Shown piece after piece: positions 13,471 to 26,020 of a stretch of DNA of 64,000 nt. The first letter of the stretch is position 1. Each line of letters begins with the position of its first letter. The DNA comes from Synchiropus picturatus. Taxonomy: Eukaryota. The notes under the pieces were generated by a model. That model searched no databases and was not told the DNA's origin. It worked only from the letters and a program-made list of their open reading frames with translations. Location: the NCBI GenBank assembly GCA_044231675.1, contig CM094669.1, positions 2,993,643-3,057,642 on the forward strand, written 5' to 3'. A program made the translations under genes and the position numbers.

Positions 13471-15783
13471 TCAGATCAGAACGCTTGAGACGGCGACTCG
13501 AGTAGACCGGCCGCTCTTTGGGACCACAATGGGCTCGTCTGTCGGAGCGGAAACAAATGTTAGACTTCGGCAGGGAGACACCCGGCAGGGGGCGAGTCGG
13601 CTCCACCTGCGGGGGCCCGGTTCTCCGCTCTCTGACGGTCGGCCTCGATGAAGAGGGCGGTGGCCAGGAAGAAGGCTCCGCCCACCACGGCCACAAAGGA
13701 ACAGAGCAGCAGAGCATGCTGCAGGGAGCGGAACTGCCACAGGAACGAGTCCTGTTGCCGCAGGGAGTCCGACACCTGGGACACGCACAAGATGTGACGG
13801 CTGCAAGCAACGGCGCGACTGCCGACGCATGACTCACCACGCCGATCAGGTACGGACTTCCTGCGTCACCTAGAAGGTGGGAGACGACGATCTGAAGTGC
13901 CTCTGCAGTGGAGCGGCGAGTGGGAACCACCACGTACTGAGGAAGAGAGTGAGAAGATTAGGATGAGGATGATGAGGATGATGAGGATGATGAGGATGAT
14001 GAGACGCAGTGTGAGCTCACCAAGAGAATGTCAGCAACAATGGCCCAGTTCATGGAGAGGAAGGTTTCACCAAGGAAGATAAACACCTGCAGACACAGAA
14101 GACATCAGTGCTGAGGTCAGGTGGTCACCGTCTCAGCGAGGACCGCCCGCCGTGACTCACGTAGGTGGCGACTGTGCTGGCCTCTGCAAACACGATGGCC
14201 AGGTACAGGAACGGAGCAGACAGAAGCAGGCCGGCGGCGCACACCAGAGGGTCGGCCTGTGGCGTCTTTGTCCTCAGGCGCCGGCTCACCTGGACGCCGG
14301 TGGCCACGCCCAGAACGCCGGTCACGCAGGTGATGATGCCAAATATCAGACTGTCGAAAGCAAAGCTGGATGAAGCAGCCAATCCAGGAACAGATCAGGG
14401 TCTTGTGGGCAGAACCTGTCCGGGGAGTCGCAGTGGCTCTCTCTACACGGCGCTCTCACTCCGGTGAACACAGCCGCTCTGAACAGGAACGTTGGGGCCC
14501 ACAGAGCGAGGGACCCTGTGACAAAGGCCACCGCCGTAAAGCCGAAGGTCGACAGCATGAAGCTGCGACTGCAAAGACAGGTTAGAGGAGATTATGATTC
14601 AGATTATGTTCACCACTGGTGGACCTACTTCTGGGTCAGGGCCTTCAGGTCCATCACCCAGCTGGTGTGGTGCAGCTGGTGCTCGGGTCGGGCCTCTACA
14701 GCGCCACGCTTGGGCTCCTGGACCACGAAGAGTAGCAGGAGCACGGCAATGAGTCCGAGCGCTGGAGTCACCTGCGCGGCGGGAGCGACGGGTCACTTCA
14801 AGCCAACACCAACAGCAAGGTTCTGACAGCGTGAGGAGTTACCCGCAGAGCCCAGTGCCAGTTCCCAGTCAGGTTCCCCACCTGCGAGCCCACGATGTAG
14901 CCAAGACCACTGAGGAGAGGGCACAAGCAAAACGTCACCAGAGTGAGCTGACACAGGGGGCTGCCGAGTGCCTCTCACCTGCCGACGGGGATGGCGAAGT
15001 AGAAGATGGAGAGCATGTTGGTCCTCTTCTCCTTCACGTAGAGGTCGGCGATGACGGTGGGGGCGATGGTGGAGTAGCTGGCCTCACCAACTCCCACCAG
15101 ACCTCGGGTCAGCAGCAGGGCCCAGAAATGCTGCGGACAGTGAGACGGTGAGCAGAGAAAGCCCCGGGCTGCTGATGCGGCGAGGGCACCTTTCTCGGGG
15201 TGAAGGAGCTGGCGAGCGTGACCAGGGACCAGAAGGAGATTCCCAGACTCATGATGTACTTCCTGTTGTAGCGGTCGCCTAGGTAACCGAAGACCGGTGC
15301 CAGAAACATGTAGCTGCAGATGAAGACTGAAAACACGGCAGCCGTCAGAGGTGATCACGTGACTCATCATGTGATCTGGTGTGAAGAAAAGCACCTGTCT
15401 GGAGCAGACCAGACTTTCCGTCGTCGATACCGAAGTACTGCTCGATGTCAGGAAGGACCCCTGCAGAGGGAACAGTTCGGGTCACAACACACTTCCATTC
15501 TCCAGTGATCACATGACTCCCCTCCCTCCAATGGCCCGCAGCAGCGCCAGCCAGCCAGCGGCCATGTTGCCGTACCTGCCACAGTGAAGCGGTCCATGTA
15601 GTTGAGCAGGTTGATGTAACACAGGATGAGGACTGTCAGGAAGCCTCGCGCTGCCGTCACGCCGCCGCCCGCCATCGCTTCGTCTTGAGAACTTTCATCG
15701 GTGGCGTCCTGCTCCTCCGGACCCTCGCTGTCCTCAGAGAAGAAGGGCGCCGTGTCCGACACAGTTTCGTGCAGAGACATGGT
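13471..15783 (-). CDS. spns1: Spinster homolog 1 (SPNS1), an MFS transporter. About 12 coding exons. First coding exon 15575-15783; last two exons approximately 13607-13775 and 13471-13538.
   Basis: Minus-strand exons read: [14 protein letters not shown]...[22 protein letters not shown]|gtacgg; [42 protein letters not shown]; [50 protein letters not shown]; [70 protein letters not shown]; [32 protein letters not shown]; ..[35 protein letters not shown]..|[22 protein letters not shown]. These give near-identical blocks to human SPNS1 (...DDRIVVPQRGRSTRVPVASVLI). Internal exon coordinates were not all resolved. Confidence 0.9.
13959..14011. repeat. (GATGAG GATGAT)n minisatellite in a SPNS1 intron
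   Basis: aggatgaggatgatgaggatgatgaggatgatgaggatgatgag, a tandem 12-bp unit lying between SPNS1 exons. Confidence 0.85.
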
Positions 15784-16749
15784 CGCCTCCTCGAAGTGGC
15801 CAGAGGGGAAATGTGACTTAAATGAGCGACTCTCCCACCCAGACCTGACAACATGCAGGTTGGACCTGAATTGGTGCGGTTTAATTTTCACTCTGTTCTG
15901 TTTGGCAAACAAAGGAACACAACAACAAGCCAAGCTCCGCCCTAATAGAGACTCGCCGAGTGACAGACAAACGTTGATTCAGCTCCTTCTCACTTCTCAT
16001 TCTCACTTCTGTCAGCTGCTCCGCGACAGACCTCACCAGTTTCATCCAAACGTCCACGTCGATATCGAGGAGTTGAACTTTGACATTACTGATCACAACG
16101 CATTGATCCCGGCGTTATCAGTGATATTGGTGTCCGATCGCATGATCAAAGGCGATCCGGCAGTAAACATGATGACGTCAATCGGAACCCACGAAATGTG
16201 TCTAGACATCAAAGCCAACGTTACTTTTAAAAACCCATATGCTGCATTGCGCTTGTTCTATTAAGTGAAATCACAATAAACAAAAGCGGGACCTTGCTGT
16301 AGTGCAGAGTTCAGCAGCTAACGGCTGTTAGCTTATTTACCTGGAGGGATGAGTCAGGACTCCCGGCTTGTGTCGGTCCACACTCGCTGTATCCGCTCTG
16401 AAAGTTAATACCGGCGTGCAAAGGACATTATCGGCGTCGTCCCTCGGTGTCGGTTCGGACCCTGCTTCTGGTTTTCAGTGACAGACTCAGTCCTGACTCA
16501 GTTCATTTCCAGCCGCCATCCTCAGTCTGAACTTCCGCTCAGCTGCTCACATGACTACGATGCCAGGTCACATGGGTCGCTTCAGCCAATAAGGAAATCA
16601 CTTGGAGCAGCACAGGCTGTGACGCTTCCTCGTAAACAAACCTGTGGATTATCTGCCGAAGACGAATCACTGCAACGGATTTCTCCAGGAGGTGCAAACA
16701 GAAATTATTTAAGTAATGTGTATTTGTAAATAAATAAATAAAAAGTGAA

Positions 16750-17340
16750 GTACTGAGGCTCAACTGTCCAGGGTGATAGAAAGAGGTGAAGTGTGAGAAA
16801 GAGGTGAAGAAGCGGGTGCAGGCAGGATGGAATCATTGGAGAAAAGTGTCAGGTGTGATGTGTGACAAAAGGGAGTCGGCAAGGATGAAAGGGAAAGTGT
16901 CCAAAAGGGTGGTGAGGCCAGCAATGTTGTATGGTTTGGAAACAGTGGCACTGAGGAGAAGACAGGAGGCAGAGCTGGAGGTAGCAGAGATGAAGATGCT
17001 GAGCTTCTCTCTGGGAGTGAGCAGGATGATGATAGGATCAGAGGGACAGCACATGTGCCCAGGTGTTTAGGAGACAAAGTCAGAGAGGCTCGATGGAGAT
17101 GGTTTGGACATGTACAGAGGAGAGAGAGAGCCAGTACATTGGTAGATGAAGATGTTGAGATGTTGGAACTGCCAGGCAGAAGGTGGAGAGGAAGGCCACA
17201 GAGGAGATTGATGGAGGTGGTGAAGGAGGACATGAGGTCTGTAGGTTTGAGAGAAGAGGAAGCAGAGGACAGGGTGAGATGGTGGAAGATGATCCATTGT
17301 GGCCACCCCTGAAGGGAGAAGCCAAAAGGAAAAGAAGTAT
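16750..17340 (+). mobile_element. Degenerate 3' end of a non-LTR retrotransposon (LINE ORF2 C-terminal tail)
   Basis: Two frame-shifted ORFs (16786-17070 and 17055-17312) read ...VKKRVQAGWNHWRKVSGVMCDKRESARMKGKVSKRVVRPAMLYGLETVALRRRQEAELEVAEMKMLSFSLGV... and ...GDKVREARWRWFGHVQRRERAS...LPGRRWRGRPQRRLMEVVKEDMRSVGLREEEAEDRVRWWKMIHCGHP*. This is the highly conserved C-terminal tail common to teleost LINE copies. The internal frameshift marks it as a dead copy. Confidence 0.8.
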
Positions 17341-17523
17341 TTGACGCGCTTTTACATCAACAAAAGTGAGTGGCTGTGGCCAAGTGAAAACCAAAGTGAC
17401 ACAGCTGAAATGGCCATGTTTGACTTGAAAACTTTTTGATGAACATTATGCATTTTATTTCTGAAAAACATGTACAGCTGTACAACATCTTCATAGAACT
17501 TAGAACCATCTCATAGAACTGTC

Positions 17524-19309
17524 TCATGTCCACACCTCGATGATGTCGCCGTCCTCCAGGTCCAGCTCCGCCGCTGTAGCGCTGCCTTTCACTCTGGAAC
17601 CATCCAAGTGGAAACGCACCTTCTTGCGAAGTTTAGCAGGTAGAGACGACACATACTGGGAGAAGACCGAGTCCAGAGGAGCATCCTGATGTGAAACAGG
17701 TACAGAGATCAGAAGACAGTTCCTGAGCCAGATGGATACGTGAGGACTAACTCTGTGCACGGTGAAGTCCTGTAAGGAGTTGCGGTCATTCCCCTGCAGG
17801 CGGATGGTGATGCTATCGCTGCTGCTGCTGCTGCTACTGCTGCTTTTCCCTTTCTCTGTTGCCATGATGACACAATCTGAGTAGAACAGCCAAAGTATTT
17901 TTGTTTAAACTTCAACTTTTTAGTTCAGATGAAGATACAGTCAAAAGTATCTCAGAGTGCCACATGTAATCAAGACAATTTATCTAATATTAAAAAGTGT
18001 GAGCACTGCATGAAGGACACAATAGGTCATACACACACACACACACACTTGACAGACCCACCAATGATGTCAGCGATGCTGAGCCCCAGATCTGCCACAG
18101 TGGCGTCGGCAGGAAGCTCCACCTCCTTCCTGAGCAGCAGCAGACAAACAGCAGGAACTTGCAGAAGGATGGACAGTTGCTGGATGACATCACGGAGGGG
18201 TGTGGTCTGCAAGAGACCAAGCAACAACAGTGTTAAGAAGAGAGAAAGTCCCAAGTTCTCGGGTCAGACGTACTGGCAGCACCGGGACTTTATGCACGTT
18301 GGTGCGGCAGCGGATCTTCAGCGGGATCTCACGTGGCAAGGATACATCCGTGCTAGGAGGCGTCCCGGAGCCCACCACGATGATGTCATCATCCTCTTCC
18401 TCTGTTGGGGACCGCGGTTGTCTTCGTTGTCTACGAGTCCTGGTCCTGACCTCAGGAGGCGGAGAAGACGTGAAAGCCTCCAACTTCCTGTTGATCTCAC
18501 TGTCAAACACACATGAATATATCAACACACAGGGTCACCCAGCAGGCAGACCGAGACCCCAAACTCACATGAGCTTCTTCTTAACCTTGGTGGATTGTTT
18601 CTGGACAGGACTCTCAGAAGGCGGGGACGGGCAACGCACCGCCGCTCTGGAACACAGAGGTCATAGTCAGAGAGGGTGGACGGCGCTGACGCACTGGAGT
18701 CTCACGGCTCGTGGCTCTTTGTCTGGAGGCTTCTCAGCTGCAGATCCTCCTCATCCGAATCGATCACCACAGCAACGTCCTCGGTTGATGGATGCAACAA
18801 GGGACCCTGGTCTGCATCTGAGGAGACACCCAACACCGTTAGCAGACTGTCTAACCGGGAACAAAAATGAGGCTCAGGAGGGTCAAAGCAGCGATATTAT
18901 GTGGATGGAGCAGAAGCCAGGCATTACCTATCGGCGCAATGTGGCTGAAGACAGGTGCCGGCAGCTTCAGCTGCAGTCGCCTGCCGACCTGGAGACACAG
19001 TCTCAGTCAAGTGACCCCACTCCCAAACCCCAAAACAAGCAACAGTAGACTGACCTTGTTGGAGTAGATCTGCACCGGGACCACGGTAGACGGATCCAGG
19101 ATGCGTCTGCGTTTGGGCGGAGGGACATTGCTGCTGGTCGACATCTGCACACACGTCGGAGAGCAGAGGATCTTCATCAACAACAGACAGGTGGGTTCGA
19201 AAGTTTCACCCGAGGAATCGCCGCAGCTGGAACTAAACTGTGGACACCTTGAGCCGACACTGCTGACACTTTCGTCACCCGCAACAACTGCAAAAGAAAT
19301 CGTCATCAA
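17524..19309 (-). CDS. nfatc2ip: NFATC2-interacting protein (NFATC2IP/NIP45), with two C-terminal ubiquitin/SUMO-like domains. Multi-exon; start codon uncertain, between 19309 and about 19150.
   Basis: N-terminal exon ...PPPKRRRILDPSTVVPVQIYSNKV matches human RRRRLVLDPGEAPLVPVYSGKV. Ubl1 reads ...LPREIPLKIRCRTNVHKVPVL | ..PLRDVIQQLSILLQVPAVCLLLLRKEVELPADATVADLGLSIADIIGG. Ubl2 reads ITIRLQGNDRNSLQDFTVHR | DAPLDSVFSQYVSSLPAKLRKKVRFHLDGSRVKGSATAAELDLEDGDIIEVWT*, matching human ...ADLGMESGDLIEVWG. The position next to SPNS1 mirrors human 16p11.2. Confidence 0.8.
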
Positions 19310-19799
19310 AGCTGACGTTGCTCGTCTTTACAGTCCCTGACGTCATTCTTAGGCGTGAGTTGTTTCAATTAAACCTGGGGATCTTTTCACTACGGTCGCA
19401 GTTTTCCATCTAAATGCCGACCTTCACATTTGATAATACAAAACAACTCCTCTTTGGTTACAAAAATGTATTTTTCGATCTCAACTAATCAACTTTTTAC
19501 ATAATCGTGAGGATTTGAATGAGCGCTAAAATGTTTCTTATCTTCGGCTCCACATACTCACCGCTTCCGCCATTTTTGTTTTCGTCCAGTTGCCTTCAGG
19601 GAGCGCGGGAAAATATCAAATCCGTTTTTTTAAAGCCGACATTCGGGTCTCTTCCAAAAACCACGGTCTTGCTCAATTAATTAATATTAATGAGAGTCGA
19701 AAGCACATAGAGATTTGTGGTTGAGCGATGTGACGTTTCCCGACAGCAATAAATTAACTTCCGGCAACGGCGCCCTGTATTGTGTTTTGTGACTCTCAA

Positions 19800-19930
19800 C
19801 ATAGCGTTGACCGAGCGAAAAAAATTAAATAAATAAATTTTAAAAAAATAAATAAATAAATTAAAAAAAAAAAATAAATTTAAAAAAAATAAAAAGAAAT
19901 AAATAAATATATATATATATGCTATAATTT
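19800..19930. repeat. A/T-rich low-complexity (AAATAAAT)n / poly-A tract
   Basis: aaattaaataaataaattttaaaaaaataaataaataaattaaaaaaaaaaaataaattt...atatatatatat, between the NFATC2IP 5' end and the SGF29 3' end. Confidence 0.9.
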
Positions 19931-20261
19931 TGGGAAACACAGGGAGTTCTGTTTAACTAGCTAGTCCGTATGCAATTTTAATTATGTTGTTTTTTAGAAA
20001 ATACTATTTAATTATGACACATTTTCTGTCATGTATTTGAACATTTTATTCAAGACGGTGGTCTCCAGCTGAAAACACAATCACACTTTTCTTTCACGTA
20101 ACAATATAAATATGAAAATGGCCAACGCTCCAGAGCCTGTCGTTCTTCAGGTGGTGAACTTTGAGACTCCAGTTTTACTAATTCACTCGTTGACACTTCA
20201 TCTGAACACTTTTATTTCACACCACACAGCAGTTCCGGTCGACATGTCTCCTCTTCCACCT

Positions 20262-21782
20262 TCACTTCTTCTTGTTCTCTTTGCAGGCAACGACATAGCG
20301 CTGCGCCACGTTGAGAGGCGGAGAGTAACCGTCAGCGTACGAAGTGTCCTCGAACAACACCGAGTAGTCGTCCTGTGGCTGCGGGGACACACATGCACAA
20401 CGACAGTAAACACCATTGTTTTTCCTACTGCATGCACTTGAGTGTGTTCTGACCCGATTGGGGGGAGTGTGTATGAGCGCTCGGTAGAAGCAGGTCGTCT
20501 GGGGGTACAGAGCCAGAACCAGCTGGTCTTTACTGAACAGAGATTCTGGGTCGGTCTCGGGGTTTGCCTTCCACTGGGGAAGAGGGATAATCCTGCGTCT
20601 GCTCAGTGTGTGTCTCCTGAAACACACACAAACAGGTGAGCGGATACTCGGCGCCACCCTCCAGATTTGAAAAAAGGCAACACATCGGAGGAGCTACACA
20701 CTCACTCTTTGCCTTCCTCGTCGATGTCATCCACCTCATACCTGTGGCAAGACATGCAGTGGTCAGTACATGGCATCCGGTCACTGAAATGTAAAACTGT
20801 ACCCACTTGTTGGTGGCATGGCTGTAGCTGACCACCTCGGCCAGGATCCACTGCTCATCGCCGTCCACCGCCTTCACCCGTGCCGCCACCTTGTCGCCCT
20901 GCTTGGCCACGTAGTCGCCGCTTGCGGGCGTCGCTCCGCACAGAGGAGGAGGGCTGGAACCAGGTTGACAGTGACATCAAGAGGTCAACAAGGCCCTTTC
21001 CATCCATCCGGCGCCACAATGTGACATGAATTTGGCTGAGGATTTGACTAGGAAAAAATGACTAGGAATTAACTGGTTGAAGGAGTGACCCACCTCTCTC
21101 CAGGTTTGCCGATCCACAGAGGAAGAGTCATCGCCGACTGTTGCAACAGTGTCATCAGAACACCACGTCTCATGGTCTTCCGAGGGGGGTCGCTGTCGCT
21201 GTAGACGCCCGCCATCTTCGCAGCTACACACAAGTGTACATTCATGTTGAGTGACATTCATGGCTCAGCAGGCCAGCAGGAGCAGATAAGTACCGATGCG
21301 CCGCTCCTCCAGCAGAGACTTGATCTCAGCGATCTTGTCCAGGGAGTGTCGCAGGATCCTGCCGGAGAGAAGACGTGAGTCATCCCAGTGCGTCTGAATT
21401 GAACATGATATTGTGGCCGTGGCCTCACCCGCACTCGGCCTCTGCGTCTGCTTTGGCGGTGGTGTACAGTCCCCTCAGCTTGGTGCGGTAGTACGGAGAA
21501 GCTGGGAGACAAAGTGTTGGAAGTTAGACTCCGACACATGAAGCCAGGCTCAGCGCCGGTGCAGCGACTGACTTTTGTTCTCCGTCTGCATCCTCTCGTG
21601 CGTCTTCTGAACATTTAGCAGGTTGTGTTCGCTGCGGGAGCGTTCCTCCTGGAAAAAACAAAACAAAAACAATGTCAGCACCACAAACACGACAACGGGT
21701 CTGAGCCGACTCTCACCTGAGTCTGCTTGATGAGCTGGTGCAGTTCGGTGAGCAGCTCTGCGATCTTTGTGTCCGCTGACAT
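20262..21782 (-). CDS. sgf29: SAGA complex-associated factor 29 (SGF29/CCDC101) with tandem Tudor domains. About 8 coding exons; ATG at 21782-21780, stop at 20262-20264.
   Basis: Near-identical blocks to human SGF29: MSADTKIAELLTELHQLIKQT (exon 1); ILRHSLDKIAEIKSLLEERRI; AAKMAGVYSDSDPPRKTMRRGVLMTLLQQSAMTLPLWIGKPGE; DKVAARVKAVDGDEQWILAEVVSYSHATNK | YEVDDIDEEGK | RHTLSRRRIIPLPQWKANPETDPESLFSKDQLVLALYPQTTCFYRALIHTPP | QPQDDYSVLFEDTSYADGYSPPLNVAQRYVVACKENKKK*. Confidence 0.95.
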
Positions 21783-23041
21783 CTCTACACAGTAACAGTC
21801 AAACATGCAGTCATCTGCACAAACCTTAGCTCGACTATTTCTTTAGATGTTCTTCTACTTGCATCCCTTTCCTATAAGCCAATCACCTTCTGAAAATACC
21901 CAAAGCTGAGACTTGCGGATGCTGATCCATCCAGACACGCACAGGTCATAAGCTGCACAGATAAATCTCCACCATATTCAGAGCAGTTCGCAGGATCAGA
22001 AACAGAGGCAAACCTTGGCGGTTAACTCTGACTAGGGTGCACTAAACTCGAATCAAGGTTATGAGATGCATTACTTATTGAAACAAACTGTTAAGAACTG
22101 TTTAAATCCAGATGCAGTTAAATGGGGGTGATTTCGGACAACAACAAATGTTAGCCGACTGAGAAACATAGCGAGTTAGCCGCGAGACTAGGTTCATTTC
22201 CGTAAATAACTCAACCTAAACAAATGAATCGGACCACGGAGTGCAGTCGTAACCTCGTGCATGTTTATAATTCAACGTATATCACATACATACCGTCCGA
22301 CTTTCACTGTTTATTTGGTAAAGTTGCTAACAAAGCTAATAGCAACAATCTGCTTCTTCGTCTGTTTCCGTGCCGCTGTGGCACAACTGCACCGCCTGGT
22401 GGATGAGAGGCTGTAGTGCGCCTGTTTGCAGTCACTGTTTCGTCAAATTGTTTTCTTTATTTTAGGATTTTTCCCCAACGGCTTTACAGGAACACTTTGT
22501 GCACAGGTTGAGTCATCCGGTCTCCAGACTTCTGAGCAGGATGGGACACACACGCCTCAACTCAGTGACCGTGACCCGAACGGTCCTTATCGCTGTTGTA
22601 CCTCAGACCCGACAGGTGGGCGGAACCCCGTCCCTTATCGCCTTTGATAAACACCGAGTGACCCAGATCCGCGGACTGACCCAGATCTTGTGAGCCCATC
22701 AGCGGAGTTGCACCTGGAGCCAAACTCTGAAGCTCGTGCGATCCAACACCAACGGGCGACTGTTGTCTCCCTGATGGTCATGATGACGATGATAATGATG
22801 AAGATGACGACTACCGTCATCATCCTCGACCAACACGACCAGCCACACCTCCATCCTCATCATCCTCGACCTGCATGATCACCTCCAGCATCATCTTCAG
22901 CGGATGATGCAACACTGGCTGAGGAGTAACGGGATCACTTGGGCGGAGTTTGTTCCCGCGCTATAAAAGTCGGGAGAAGTTGTTGTCGCGCACATCAGAC
23001 GTTTCATCTCACCTTCCGACACACAGATGACCAGAAGTACC

Positions 23042-23318
23042 ATGAGTCACGTCGACGTGAAGAACATCAAGCCGAGCAGCTTCGAGGACGAGTACTATGA
23101 TGAGTACGAGTACTACAACCTGAGCGACAAGTACACAGGTGAGACCCCGCCAGGCTCTCCGGAGCCAAGCTGACCCGTGCTTCCGTCCAGAGGGATCGGC
23201 CCGGAAAGGCCGAAGCAAGAAGGAGGCGAGCGACAACACGAACCGACCGAATCCCGGAGGACACGAGCGCAAGATCGTGGAGAAGCTCCAGAACAGCGAG
23301 AAGAAAGCGAAGGAGTGA
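23042..23318 (+). CDS. nupr1: Nuclear protein 1 (NUPR1/p8), two coding exons: 23042-23138 and 23191-23318
   Basis: Exon 1 reads MSHVDVKNIKPSSFEDEYYDEYEYYNLSDKYT with donor acag|gtgaga. Exon 2 has acceptor ttccgtccag| and reads ..EGSARKGRSKKEASDNTNRPNPGGHERKIVEKLQNSEKKAKE*. The C-terminal block matches human NUPR1, GRKGRTKREAAANTNRPSPGGHERKLVTKLQNSERKK. It sits next to SGF29 as in human 16p11.2. Confidence 0.85.
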
Positions 23319-24407
23319 GCGGACGAGGTGACGTCAAGTGCTGACACGTTGTCATAAATCGAGCTCCGAACGGTTTTATCGAGCTGCTTAGAATCGATTT
23401 TAAGAGTTCCCCGCCGTCACTCGTGTCACGGATGCAGTTCCGTACCGCCGGTCCACGTTGGCAGTTCGTAGATGTCGCCGCTGCTCTGTCACGTGACGTG
23501 AGTTTTCAAAACATCAGGTCGGAGGGCGGGGGTCGCCGACCACTCTGGCGGAGGCATCTGTCGGCACTCCAGACACATAGCTTGTATAATAACCCCCACC
23601 AGATGAGCTGATGTTTGTCTGACCTCATCCAGGAGACCCTCGGACGGCACTTCCGGACACTGACCCTGGTCTCCACGGTGATGGACAGAGACGCGCTACA
23701 GGACCAGCGAGCTGGAAGCTGGGGGGCCCGGCCCTGAGGCCACCGTCCTCCTGCAGGCGCGTCTGTGGCGGCGACCACGTGACCTCATGCTCGCTGTTAC
23801 TTGTTGATTAAAGTTTTTTTTTTTTTTACTGTCATGTGATGCTTCATATTTGGCGAAGAGAGAGGGGGGAAGAGTGGAGGGACTTTCACTTCATTTTCAC
23901 ATCGGTACCAACACATTGATGGAGTGAGTCAGCAAGTCACCCACAGGAACGTTGACTTGATGCGAGATGGCCTGATGGAGGGGGAGAAGGACGTAAGAAC
24001 GACCAGAGGTGCAAATAAAAAAAAAGATCAACAATTCTTTTCCGCTGTACTGAAGTGATTTACCTGTTTCTGTGGCAATAAAACGGACTCACTGGTGCCC
24101 CCTGCTGAGACGTGACTGCTTTATTGACGATCTAAAATCTATAGGTGTCGATTTACAGACAAATATCAAAAATAATATCAATTCAGAATTAAGTTAGCAA
24201 ATAAATATTAGGTTCAAAAGGCCAGCAATGTCGTGTACTCTCCACTAGAGGACGCAGCTTCACATCAGGATTCTCATGGTCTACTGTATCAGGAAGAGAC
24301 AACAGCTTCCCAGTTGAAGAAACAGGACGTGACATCACAGGTCTACGAGAGCGATGACCTCATTGGACTGACTGAAGTTCTGCGGTGATGACAGCGGGTC
24401 GTGTGCA

Positions 24408-26020
24408 TCAGGCGTCGATCCGGCAGCTAAGGTCTCGCCGCAGGTGGACCTGCAGGCCGCTGGCACTGGTGAAGTGGCGGGCGCAGCGGCCGCAGCGGTA
24501 CGGTCTCTCTCCGGAGTGCGTGCGCTTGTGCTTCTTCATGGTGTCGCTGTCGCTGAAGCTGCGGCAGCAGTGCGGGCAGCTGTACGGACGCTCGCCAGTG
24601 TGGATCCGCAGGTGGCGCCGCAGGTTCCCGCGCTGGCTGAAGCGTTTGGAGCAGATGTTGCAGCGGTGCGGCCGCTCGCCGGTGTGCGTCCGGAGGTGCC
24701 GCCGCAGGTCGGCCGACTGAGCAAAGGACTTGCAGCACCAGTCGCAGGCGTATGACTTGCGCTTCTGCTCCAGGTGGAGGCGCAGCGCGGCGGTGTGGCT
24801 GAACACCTCAGCACAGCGGGGGCAGCGTGGGACAGCGGCCACTGAGGCCTCCTCTTCAGATTCTGGAGTGTTTCTGCCCACGTTCCCGACCGGACCGGAC
24901 CACTGAGAGCTGTCTTGATCCAGCTGCCCAGGAGGGGGCGCACTTCCGACTGGGCCTGTTCCTGGTTTCAGGGGCTGATGGGGCGGCGTGATGAACGGCA
25001 CCTGAGGAGAGGACGACCCATTGACACACCCCTGGTGGACAGCAGACTCTTCTGTCTTCGGTCGGTCTCCGTGGAGAAACAAAACCGACGTCCGGACGCT
25101 CACGTCCTGACCAGCAGGGGGCGTTAGTTTGTGTTCCTCAGGTTCCGTTTTGACTATGCACACTGTTGAATCTCGCCTGTCACCATGAGGTGAAGTCAAG
25201 GCCACCTGAGGGGACGGGGATGTTCTCACGAACGCCTCCTGGTGGCCGTCTGGCGTCACCTGCCCAGGTGCATCTCGAGAGGCTGTGAGGAACTGGGTCG
25301 TAGCTTCGGCCAAGTTGGGGGTTCTGATAAGGTGAAGAGTTGAATCGGGTTCCTCCAGACGATGGCTCCACTGCTCCGGTGCTGACGCTGCAGAAGTGGA
25401 CCGGCCGGACTCTGGACAAGGACCACACACACTGAATGACTGGGTCGGCACAGTAAAAGTAAAGCACTTTCAGAAACGCACAAATGTAACAAAGTCGTTT
25501 TTACTAATACAAATCTTAAGCTAACTCAACAATTATAATATTTCGGGTTTAAAATAAAAGCGCAACGACGTGAGTTTCACGTAGACAGCAATATACGTTG
25601 GCTCGTCACGTGATCTCATGTTATTGACGCGTGAAAGTGGAAGTGAAACGGCAGCACCTTTATCTTGCTATTTGGACATTGTGTTTCGTTTTCAACCCCC
25701 CGGAATGAGACCGAACATAATTTCCTCAAACATCACGCGGGTTGATGATCCTAAAATCGGTGGTTGCTGCGAACACCTGCGTGGAGCGTTAAACGAGGCG
25801 CAAAGTCTGTGAAGTTCGGAGCGGCGCACTCACTCAGCCAGCGGGTCTCGGCCTCCACAACTTCCCGCAGCTGTCGCCGCAGACTCTCGCTCTCCTGCCG
25901 GGCCCGCTCCGTCTCCTCCCGATACTCGGTGACCGTGTCCTCCACCACGGCCAGCACCTCTTTGACCACCGCGGCCAGCCGCTCGGTCAGAAACGAGCTG
26001 AGCAGCTGCAGTCGGGTCAT
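24408..26020 (-). CDS. C2H2 zinc-finger protein (fish-type ZNF with a conserved N-terminal 'LQLL..FL.ERL.AA..E' exon). Exon 1 approximately 25834-26020; main exon approximately 24408-25439 carrying six C2H2 fingers.
   Basis: Exon 1 reads [51 protein letters not shown].., the N-terminal motif shared by many teleost ZNF genes. The large exon ends with six tandem fingers: [129 protein letters not shown]. The exact exon 1 donor and exon 2 acceptor are not resolved (phase ambiguity). No specific orthologue is assigned. Confidence 0.7.
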
